A stretch of DNA of 54,714 bases from a virus (taxonomy: Duplodnaviria; Caudoviricetes). Positions 47,129 to 54,714 of the stretch are shown in pieces. The first letter of the stretch is position 1. Each line of letters starts with the position of its first letter. The notes beneath the pieces were generated by a model. That model did not search any database, was not told the DNA's origin, and was given only the letters and a program-made list of their open reading frames with translations. A program made the position numbers and the translations under genes. The stretch is from positions 1 to 54,714 of IMG/VR virus record IMGVR_UViG_3300030329_002091; one strand, given 5' to 3'.

Positions 47129-49353
47129 AAAAATTATTATTATTATTATTATTACCATTTACCTTATTAGGACAAAAACCTTTAACGGTTAATGTTACAA
47201 CGGACTCATATCCAACAGAAACATATTGGATAGTTTTTAAAGACAGTCTTTACGGGGACACTATAGCTGAAGTTTCAGCGGGCCATTATACATCCGCTAA
47301 CACCTCATATACGGATACGGTAATATTAGCTGATAGTATAACTAATATTACGTTTTTAATAAGAGACACGTATGGTGACGGGATTATGGCTCCAGGTAGT
47401 TTTTATATAACTTTATGTGAAGACACTATAATATCTGTACCAACCCCTAACTTTAACACTGGTATGTATTGGAATAGACCAACACCAAATTGCATGCCTA
47501 TTCCACCACCAGCACAATGTGTGCCAGCTTTGGTTAATATTAATTTAGATCAATATCAAAGCGAAACAACATGGGATATAAAAGATTCAACGGGCGCTTT
47601 AATAGCAACAGGAGGGCCTTATACAAACGCTCCTGATTATGAACCACAGTTTGAACCAGTATGTTTACCCACAGGTAATCTAACTTTTACAATATATGAT
47701 TCTTATGGAGATGGACTAGCTGGTAGCTTGTGGGGAGGACAAGACGGGTCATACTACCTGATACAATGTGGAGATACCTTAGTGCATGGTACCGTTGCTA
47801 ACTTTGGGACAGATTCCACTCATACTTTTATATCAGACACCTGCGTTCCTCCACCACCAGTGCCAGGATGTATGGATGAGAATTATTTAGAATACAATCC
47901 GTTAGCTACAATTAGTGACAGTAGCTGTTTAACTATGAAAGTTATTGGATGTACTGATTCAACAATGTTCAATTATGATTCTACCGCTAACTATATGGAT
48001 TATATAGATAGTTGCGATTACACCCTTATACTACATGATCTTGTAGGTAATGGCTGGGTAGGAAGTAAATTAGAAATATATCAAGGTGATGATACTAGTG
48101 TGTTTTATATGAATACACCTAGTTTAAATCAATCCTTTACGATACAATTAAATGCTCCAGAAATAGTTAAAGCTAAATTCTTTGTAACATCACAAGCTCA
48201 ACACACAGCTTTAGAATGTGGATTTACTTTACGTAACCCAATGGGTGATACAGTATTAAGTGTAACACCACCGTTTATTGTTCCATTTCAAACCTACACA
48301 GGAACAACATATTGTGGCAACGAGTGTATTGAAGTAGTTAATGGATGCATGGATTCTACTGCTTTTAATTATAATTCTTTAGCGAATACAGCAGAGCAAT
48401 GTTACTATATTCCAGGATGTATGTCTCCTGCGTATCTAGAGTATCATATCGATACTTCTAATGCAGTTTATTCAGATTTTAATATACAGGACAGTTGTCA
48501 AACTTTAGCTGTGTTTGGGTGTACGGATTCAACCGCGTTTAATTACAATCTCGAGGCTAACGTAGATAATGGTGGGTGTGTTCCTGTGATATATGGATGT
48601 ATGGAAAGTTTAGCTTTTAATTATAATCCACTAGCTAATACTCCTGATACATGTATAGCTTATCTATACGGATGTACAGATCCTACAATGTTCAACTATG
48701 ATTCATTAGCAAACGCTGATGACGGTAGTTGTATTGAGTTCGTGTATGGTTGTATGGATTCAACAATGTTTAATTTTAATCCTTTAGCAAATGCTCCTAG
48801 CAATCTCGTTCCTTGTGTTCCTTATACTTATGGTTGTACTGACCCAAGTATGTCCAACTACAATCCAGAAGCTAACACAGAAGATTTTAGTTGCATACCA
48901 TATATTTATGGTTGTACTGATTCTACTGCTTTTAATTACGATTCAACTGCTAATACAGACAACGGTTCTTGTATCGAAATTGTTACGGGTTGTATGGATC
49001 AAAACGCTTGGAATTACGATATCATGGCGAACGTCCACGATACTAGCACTTGTCTTTATGACGCTGGTTGTATCACTGGGCCTGGTAATCCTTATTGGTT
49101 AAATGATCCTTGTTACGAATGGGTTATAGTAGTTGATGAATATTGTTGTGAGAACGAATGGGATACAATTTGTCAAGCTACATATAATTATTGTGAAGGA
49201 ACTTGGATAGGTCCTTTACCAAAAAGATTTAATAAAGAATTAATAATGGTCACTGATATATTAGGTAGACCAGCTAAACCAAATAACAAAAAACAAGTAC
49301 TGTTATTCATTTATAATGATGGAACAGTAGAGAAGAAATTAATAAAACAATAA
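47125..49353 (+). CDS. Secreted Cys-rich repeat protein with T9SS-CTD-like tail
   Basis: MKKLLLL signal peptide; about 11 GC[TM]D-x-x-A-x-NY repeats; ends TDILGR...FIYNDGTVEKKLIKQ. Confidence 0.75.
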   Translation: MKKLLLLLLLPFTLLGQKPLTVNVTTDSYPTETYWIVFKDSLYGDTIAEVSAGHYTSANTSYTDTVILADSITNITFLIRDTYGDGIMAPGSFYITLCEDTIISVPTPNFNTGMYWNRPTPNCMPIPPPAQCVPALVNINLDQYQSETTWDIKDSTGALIATGGPYTNAPDYEPQFEPVCLPTGNLTFTIYDSYGDGLAGSLWGGQDGSYYLIQCGDTLVHGTVANFGTDSTHTFISDTCVPPPPVPGCMDENYLEYNPLATISDSSCLTMKVIGCTDSTMFNYDSTANYMDYIDSCDYTLILHDLVGNGWVGSKLEIYQGDDTSVFYMNTPSLNQSFTIQLNAPEIVKAKFFVTSQAQHTALECGFTLRNPMGDTVLSVTPPFIVPFQTYTGTTYCGNECIEVVNGCMDSTAFNYNSLANTAEQCYYIPGCMSPAYLEYHIDTSNAVYSDFNIQDSCQTLAVFGCTDSTAFNYNLEANVDNGGCVPVIYGCMESLAFNYNPLANTPDTCIAYLYGCTDPTMFNYDSLANADDGSCIEFVYGCMDSTMFNFNPLANAPSNLVPCVPYTYGCTDPSMSNYNPEANTEDFSCIPYIYGCTDSTAFNYDSTANTDNGSCIEIVTGCMDQNAWNYDIMANVHDTSTCLYDAGCITGPGNPYWLNDPCYEWVIVVDEYCCENEWDTICQATYNYCEGTWIGPLPKRFNKELIMVTDILGRPAKPNNKKQVLLFIYNDGTVEKKLIKQ
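47866..49053 (+). repeat. Intragenic ~25-28 aa Cys-rich repeats
   Basis: For example GCTDSTAFNYDSTANTDNGSC and GCTDPTMFNYDSLANADDGSC. Confidence 0.85.
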
Positions 49354-49370
49354 CTAAATAAATAAAAATT

Positions 49371-49811
49371 ATGGCAACAATTACACCGACATTTACACTG
49401 TCATCAAACGCTTCTTCGGCTAGCACTAGTCCTGGTCCTTTAAGTGTAGCTTTATCATTATCAGCAACAGACTCATTAGACGTTACTGTTGTTCAATCAA
49501 AAATAATATCACCTTCAGGTACACATGGTATTCTTTGGGATGCTAGTACAATAGCTTCTTCATTAGCAGCTGGTACTGATGGTGCTTTTGTATATTTAAA
49601 AAACTCACATGCAACAGCTCATATTTATATTGGACATGGATCTAGTACTGCATTAGAAGGTGGTACAGAAGCAACAAGATTAATGACATTATTACCTGGA
49701 GAATTTGCATGGTTCCCATGGGATCTAACAGCTGATATAATTCATGACGCTAATGGTACTGCTACTGATGGTCTTGAAAGCTGGATATTTGTAAGAACAG
49801 GAACTGCATAG
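49371..49811 (+). CDS. Hypothetical (virion-like) protein
   Basis: 146 aa, Ser/Thr/Ala-rich. Confidence 0.7.
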   Translation: MATITPTFTLSSNASSASTSPGPLSVALSLSATDSLDVTVVQSKIISPSGTHGILWDASTIASSLAAGTDGAFVYLKNSHATAHIYIGHGSSTALEGGTEATRLMTLLPGEFAWFPWDLTADIIHDANGTATDGLESWIFVRTGTA

Positions 49812-50021
49812 ATGAGAAGATTATTAATATTATTATTATTAATAACTTTAGTATCTTGTGTTGTGCCGCAGCATATTGAGCCTGATAAATGTTGTGATAA
49901 AAATACTTACTATGAACCTTATTATTCACCCACACGTGTAATCGTAGTAAATAAAAATAAACCAATATATAAAAAAAGGCATATAAAAGTTAAAATTAAT
50001 AAACATAGAAAAAGAAAATGA
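49812..50021 (+). CDS. Small putative lipoprotein
   Basis: MRR, hydrophobic core, LVSC lipobox; basic tail. Confidence 0.6.
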   Translation: MRRLLILLLLITLVSCVVPQHIEPDKCCDKNTYYEPYYSPTRVIVVNKNKPIYKKRHIKVKINKHRKRK

Positions 50022-51115
50022 AGAAAATATTAACATTGCTTTTATTGCCTTTACTTAGTTTTTCACAATTTAACTATAAAGGCTATGATTACGATATTCA
50101 AGATATAATTAAAAACCAATTAAAATTTTCCACCATATACTTTGCGGTTAATGGAGGAAACTCTATATCTGACGTTAAAGAATTTTCTATTCTCGATGGT
50201 TTACAAACATCTATAGTAGAAACTCCTTATGATTATTCTGTAACAATAGGTATTAGAAAAATAGCTAGATTTGGTTATGAAAATAAAGCTAATACATTTT
50301 ATGATGGTACAGAGTCTAACTATACGGACGCTGCTACAGTAGGTAAAGTCAAGGGTTTTGAGTATTTATTTGAGGTAGATTACGCTAGACAACAAGGTGT
50401 AGATTACGTAGATCAACATCATTTTATTAGATATAGTTCTGACGATGATTGTGATGGTCCTTTATGTATAGATCATTTTGCTGCAAAATTAGAGTATTTA
50501 AAAGATGGTTTTGCAGATGTTGAATATTTTGAATTATCAGAAAGATATCGATTAAAAAAAGATAAAGATTTAGCTTTTAGTATAGGTGCAGTGCATAGAT
50601 TAGCAGAGCCATACGGTTATGATCCACTGGCAGAATGGATGTTATCGAATGGTAATTTACATTATACTTATTTAGCAATACAAGAAGGTTACAACGTGGA
50701 CGTCGCTAATGATGTGTATACAGATCCAAATGGGAATGTAGTTGCCAACAGTTCTGATGTTTGGAAAGAAATTGTTATACCTCAAGTATTAGCTGATTAT
50801 ACAACTAAAAAAAGAAATGAATTAGAAAGAATCATACAACACTCTATTGTAATTGGATTTGATTATTATAAGTTTAATAAATCTAGATGGTTACATGCTT
50901 GGGGTAATTTAATGCCTTATCACTATAATGATGGTAATGAATTTTCTTATCATAACTATATTGAAAACGATCAATGGTATGATTATTCAGGTGGAATCAT
51001 ATTTGGACAAAAGGTAAGCAAACAATTAGGGTTATTTGCAGAGGGTAAGTATAATAAATACTGGAATCGCGAATGGTATGATTTTAAATTTGGTATTAAC
51101 TATATAATAAGATAA
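50018..51115 (+). CDS. Exported protein, probable outer-membrane beta-barrel
   Basis: Signal peptide; aromatic-rich alternating strands; C-terminal FKFGINY. Confidence 0.6.
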   Translation: MKKILTLLLLPLLSFSQFNYKGYDYDIQDIIKNQLKFSTIYFAVNGGNSISDVKEFSILDGLQTSIVETPYDYSVTIGIRKIARFGYENKANTFYDGTESNYTDAATVGKVKGFEYLFEVDYARQQGVDYVDQHHFIRYSSDDDCDGPLCIDHFAAKLEYLKDGFADVEYFELSERYRLKKDKDLAFSIGAVHRLAEPYGYDPLAEWMLSNGNLHYTYLAIQEGYNVDVANDVYTDPNGNVVANSSDVWKEIVIPQVLADYTTKKRNELERIIQHSIVIGFDYYKFNKSRWLHAWGNLMPYHYNDGNEFSYHNYIENDQWYDYSGGIIFGQKVSKQLGLFAEGKYNKYWNREWYDFKFGINYIIR

Positions 51116-51483
51116 TGTACACTTATAAAATATCTCCATTAAAAGTAGTAGATGGAGACACTATTGATGCTGAAATCGATTTAGGTTTTGATATCAAAGT
51201 AAAAAAAAGAGTTAGATTTATGGGGATAAACGCTCCAGAATCTAGAACCAAAGATTTAGAAGAAAAAGCTAAAGGTTTAGCAGCTAAAGATAGAGTTAAA
51301 GCTTTATTAGATGGTTGTGAAAATATAACTTTGAAATCTCATGGAATAGGAAAATTTGGAAGATGTTTAGGTGAGATAATGTTAGATATGGTTGACGGCC
51401 AAGAGAAACTAACTTTGGTAAGTTTAAACGAATTATTAATTAACGAAGGCCATGCTACAGAGTATCATGGCGGAAAAAGATAA
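51115..51483 (+). CDS. Thermonuclease (SNase-like) family protein
   Basis: VVDGDTID, RVRFMGINAPE, GKFGRCLG. Confidence 0.85.
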   Translation: MYTYKISPLKVVDGDTIDAEIDLGFDIKVKKRVRFMGINAPESRTKDLEEKAKGLAAKDRVKALLDGCENITLKSHGIGKFGRCLGEIMLDMVDGQEKLTLVSLNELLINEGHATEYHGGKR

Positions 51484-51486
51484 AAT

Positions 51487-51660
51487 ATGATAAATTGGAT
51501 TAACGGTTATGCTGCCGGAAACAAAAAGCAAAAATATGAAATAACTTTCAGATTAGGCACGTTTACAGTTTTAGAAATTAAAGCTTGTTTGTTCTGTGAA
51601 AAAGGATGTTCGTCTAAAAAATTTAGATTAATGGTGTTAAATTTAGGGTTTGAAATATAA
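51487..51660 (+). CDS. Small protein missing from the ORF track (57 aa, CLFCEKGC)
   Basis: Translated by hand; TAATG coupling to the next gene. Confidence 0.65.
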   Translation: MINWINGYAAGNKKQKYEITFRLGTFTVLEIKACLFCEKGCSSKKFRLMVLNLGFEI

Positions 51661-52154
51661 TGGAACGAATTAGCAAGCACGTAAGTTGGCACGAAGGAAC
51701 ATACAGTAGAACAGGAGAAAGAAGGGGTTTAGATAATACTCCTAACGAAGAACAAATTAAATGCATGAAAGAAGTTGCTGAAAATTTGTTTGAACCATTA
51801 AGAGAATGGGTTGGTGGACCAATAAAAATAAATAGTTTTTTTAGAGGTGAACCTGTAAATACCGCTATAGGTGGTAGTAAATACTCTCAACATATGAAAG
51901 GTCAAGCTATAGATATAGATGATACTTTTGGACATAAAACAAACGCGGAGATGTATCATTATATAAAAGATAATTTAGATTTTGATCAAATGGTTTGGGA
52001 ATTTGGTACTGAGTATCCTGATGGTAACCCTAACTGGGTTCATATTAGTTGGGTTTCAGATAGACCAAATAGAAAACAAGAGGTTATTGCCATTACAAAA
52101 AACGGCAGAACTAAATATTTAAAAGATATTGAGAAATATTTAAAAAGTAAATAA
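51660..52154 (+). CDS. Peptidase M15A family (putative endolysin)
   Basis: SFFR...SQHMKGQAIDID...WVHIS zinc-binding motifs. Confidence 0.85.
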   Translation: MERISKHVSWHEGTYSRTGERRGLDNTPNEEQIKCMKEVAENLFEPLREWVGGPIKINSFFRGEPVNTAIGGSKYSQHMKGQAIDIDDTFGHKTNAEMYHYIKDNLDFDQMVWEFGTEYPDGNPNWVHISWVSDRPNRKQEVIAITKNGRTKYLKDIEKYLKSK

Positions 52155-52186
52155 AAAAAGGGAGCAATTAAGCTCCCTTTTATTTT
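52153..52186. terminator. Bidirectional terminator between convergent gene blocks
   Basis: AAAAAAAGGGAGC-AATTAA-GCTCCCTTTTATTTT. Confidence 0.85.
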
Positions 52187-52385
52187 AAGCAGTAACAGAG
52201 TTTTTCTGTTGCTGAATTTCAACTCTAATTTGTTGGGCTAAACTCTTTATAACCTGCATAGACTTTCTAACTCTCGTCCCTGCTGAGTTATTACCTTCTA
52301 CAAACTTCTCTGTATCAGGTATACATTTTTCAAATTCATCACCCATTTTTTGATATAATTTAATTACATTATTTTCTCCGTACAT
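52185..52385 (-). CDS. Histone H1-like (Hc1-family) small protein
   Basis: KF..GNNSAGTRVRK motif resembling Bacteroidota Hc1-like proteins. Confidence 0.65.
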   Translation of the reverse strand: MYGENNVIKLYQKMGDEFEKCIPDTEKFVEGNNSAGTRVRKSMQVIKSLAQQIRVEIQQQKNSVTA

Positions 52386-52395
52386 ATTTATTTAT

Positions 52396-52794
52396 TTAAA
52401 ATTTATAAGATATTCCTAGTTTAAACTCTCCTTCTGAATCTTCTTTTGTAGACATCATATAATTTGGTTCTACGTATAATTCATTCCATACTTTCATAGA
52501 ATAACCTACGCCAAAAGTCATATTATCCATCATTTCTTCAGTCGGAGCTTGCACAATAGCGTAGCATTTACTAAAATAGTATCTACCCCACATATCATAC
52601 TCTTCACCGTTTTTCACAAGTCCTAAAGTTATATTATCATTTAGCATATAACCAATACCCATGTTATCAGTGATATTTGACATTTCCCATTTTGCATCAT
52701 CTTCTGGCATGTTAACGGTTGTGACAACCATAAATTGAGCAGAAGCAAACATTGTAGCAAAAGCTAATGCCATAGTTAAAAACATTTTTTTCAT
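52396..52794 (-). CDS. Small outer-membrane beta-barrel protein
   Basis: Signal peptide ending ASAQ; C-terminal LGISYKF beta-signal. Confidence 0.7.
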   Translation of the reverse strand: MKKMFLTMALAFATMFASAQFMVVTTVNMPEDDAKWEMSNITDNMGIGYMLNDNITLGLVKNGEEYDMWGRYYFSKCYAIVQAPTEEMMDNMTFGVGYSMKVWNELYVEPNYMMSTKEDSEGEFKLGISYKF

Positions 52795-52815
52795 AATTTT
52801 TGTTTTAGTTAATAA

Positions 52816-54702
52816 TTAAGTTACTTCACAACTTCCACCCGCACAAGCTAATTCACCAGATAAATCTGTATTGTCTTCGACTTCTACTATCTTTGATAAA
52901 TCAACTTCTTGTAAGGTTTTAGTCATTTCATCATATTTCCGTTTTGTTATATCCTCAAATGGAGCCTGAGTATATGTACCACCATCATACGGTAAAACGG
53001 AAAGCCCGTTATAATGGTCTCTGTTTTTCCACATCCACTCACCAGCGTCATACCAATCGTTATCTTTTAGGGATATTGTGGCAGAAACATTATGAGTATT
53101 TGAACCAGTTTTATGTCCTGGTTTAACCCATTCTTTAGCTACCTTTTTAACTCTTTCTAAAAGATCAAAAGCAGACTCCGTTCTAACTATAGAACCTTTT
53201 GGTGAAGACTGTGGAATACTAATAATTGCAGTATCGTGTGGTCTAAAATAATCATCTTCTAACAACTCTGGATGATGTATAGTAAGGTAATCATAAATTG
53301 CTTCATTTTTACCCACACGTATTCTACGTATATAGTACTTATTATGCCAAGCATGTATACCTGAGCTAGTGCCTAAAACTAAAGATGTTGTTCCTGCTGG
53401 TTTAACAGTTGTGCATCTAGCAGCTTTATTAATACCTATAGTTTTAGATACTATATTATTCATCATTTTTACTTGCTTAGCAGCTTCTTTCATATCTAAT
53501 TCAAGAACTTTACCAGAGGCTATACCTGTCATTGACACTCCTATAAGAGCGTCTTTTTCAGTGGTCTCTTGCCAAACCTCTCTTAGATAATGAAAGTCAG
53601 TGTAACCAGCTTGCAATGTTCCTATAAAAGCAGCGGCAGCAACTCTATCATTTAATTCTTCTTGAGTTTCTACATCTGAAACATTTACTTCACATAGGTT
53701 ACAAAATTGGAATGGACGTAATGCTATTTCACAACAGGGATTAGTCCCCCAATCTTTATCGTTATTTAAATATATTCCTGGTTCGCCAGATCCAGATAGT
53801 TCAATTCGTTTCCATAAATCCATAAAGAAATCTTTAGTAACTTTATGTCTCATTAAAACAGCTGAATTATTTGCTCTACCTCTTTGTGGATTTGTTTCCC
53901 ACCAAGAACCAGACTTACACGCTATCATTTCTTCATCATAAGCCGAAAAGAGCGATATAAGTGCTGCACGCCTGATACCACCTGCCAATACTGCGTCGGC
54001 AATATGGCATATAATATCGTGGACTTCCACTGACGATAATTTTTCCCCATCTTCTTTATTTTCTAATATTCCTTTAATTTTTACAATACATTCTTTTAAT
54101 GGTTGTGGTCCAGGTGCTTTTCCTCCAGAGGTCACGAGACGTGCTCCTTTAGGCCTAATATCAGAATAATCAAATTTGATCCTAGATGATCTCTTAGAAC
54201 CTAAATAGGACTTGATTAAAACTTTTATTGCGTCTGACCATCCTTCTATTGAATCTCCTATTACAAACCTTCTAGTTCTTTTGCTATGAGGCTTTATAAC
54301 TTCAGGAAGCTTTTTTATATTATGTTGTTGTACAGAATAACCAACACCACAACCTGATAGAAGTAAAAACATTACTTCTGGAAAAGCGTCAATATGGTCA
54401 ATAGGTAAAAAAGCGCAGTTGTAAAGTCTATTAGGTGAAATTTCAATGGGTTTACCTCCGAATTGTAAACTTCTCATAGATGGTAAGACTTTCTTTTTAT
54501 AGACATATCTATAGTAAGTCTCTATATCATCTACCAATCCAGGGTATCTACGCTTGTGCATTTCTTTATTACGAGTAACTAATTCTTCCCATGTTTCTCT
54601 TCTTTGTAATTCTGGGATATATTTAGCATACTTCATATGCACTGTTATATCAGATAGTATTTTATTATTTAAACTCATATATTCTATTTTAAAGTTATAC
54701 AA
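52816..54702 (-). CDS. nrdJ: Class II (adenosylcobalamin-dependent) ribonucleotide reductase; true start may be 54678
   Basis: TNPCCEI, CNL, TTVKPAGT and C-terminal CAGGSCE motifs. Confidence 0.9.
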   Translation of the reverse strand: MYNFKIEYMSLNNKILSDITVHMKYAKYIPELQRRETWEELVTRNKEMHKRRYPGLVDDIETYYRYVYKKKVLPSMRSLQFGGKPIEISPNRLYNCAFLPIDHIDAFPEVMFLLLSGCGVGYSVQQHNIKKLPEVIKPHSKRTRRFVIGDSIEGWSDAIKVLIKSYLGSKRSSRIKFDYSDIRPKGARLVTSGGKAPGPQPLKECIVKIKGILENKEDGEKLSSVEVHDIICHIADAVLAGGIRRAALISLFSAYDEEMIACKSGSWWETNPQRGRANNSAVLMRHKVTKDFFMDLWKRIELSGSGEPGIYLNNDKDWGTNPCCEIALRPFQFCNLCEVNVSDVETQEELNDRVAAAAFIGTLQAGYTDFHYLREVWQETTEKDALIGVSMTGIASGKVLELDMKEAAKQVKMMNNIVSKTIGINKAARCTTVKPAGTTSLVLGTSSGIHAWHNKYYIRRIRVGKNEAIYDYLTIHHPELLEDDYFRPHDTAIISIPQSSPKGSIVRTESAFDLLERVKKVAKEWVKPGHKTGSNTHNVSATISLKDNDWYDAGEWMWKNRDHYNGLSVLPYDGGTYTQAPFEDITKRKYDEMTKTLQEVDLSKIVEVEDNTDLSGELACAGGSCEVT

Positions 54703-54714
54703 AAATCTACAAAC

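Noticed and set aside
534-54702. Stop-codon reassignment
   Set aside because: Genes are intact and densely packed in the standard code; TAG (e.g. 2090, 49811) and TGA (e.g. 5383) act as stops at gene junctions.
1-54714. tRNA, rRNA, integrase or transposase
   Set aside because: None recognised; intergenic gaps other than 1-533 are very short.

Overview
AT-rich dsDNA bacteriophage genome segment, most likely a podovirus of marine Bacteroidota/Flavobacteria. This rests on the crAss-like/Cellulophaga-phage-like gene order and on A-rich translation starts without Shine-Dalgarno sites; the host is inferred. Order: (1) a 0.5 kb control region with paired promoter-like repeats, TGTCAT repeats and a G-quadruplex-like tract; (2) a cluster of small Lys-rich ORFs interleaved with phage groEL/groES and a small HExxH metallopeptidase; (3) holin, terminase, portal, scaffold, major capsid and tail genes; (4) putative ejection proteins, including a 3724-aa protein; (5) a block of secreted or outer-membrane proteins, a nuclease and an M15 endolysin; (6) on the minus strand, an Hc1-like protein, a beta-barrel protein and a class II ribonucleotide reductase. 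The most notable observation is a candidate leader-plus-cleavage-site polyprotein system. About ten ORFs share an N-terminal M-A-[FY]-K-M-K-G-like leader and/or recurring [SAGP]-P-x-K-Q motifs that divide the proteins into roughly 60-120 aa modules. Some modules are reused between genes, and the cluster's own HExxH peptidase is a candidate maturase. All product calls come from motif recognition and gene order; no database search was run.
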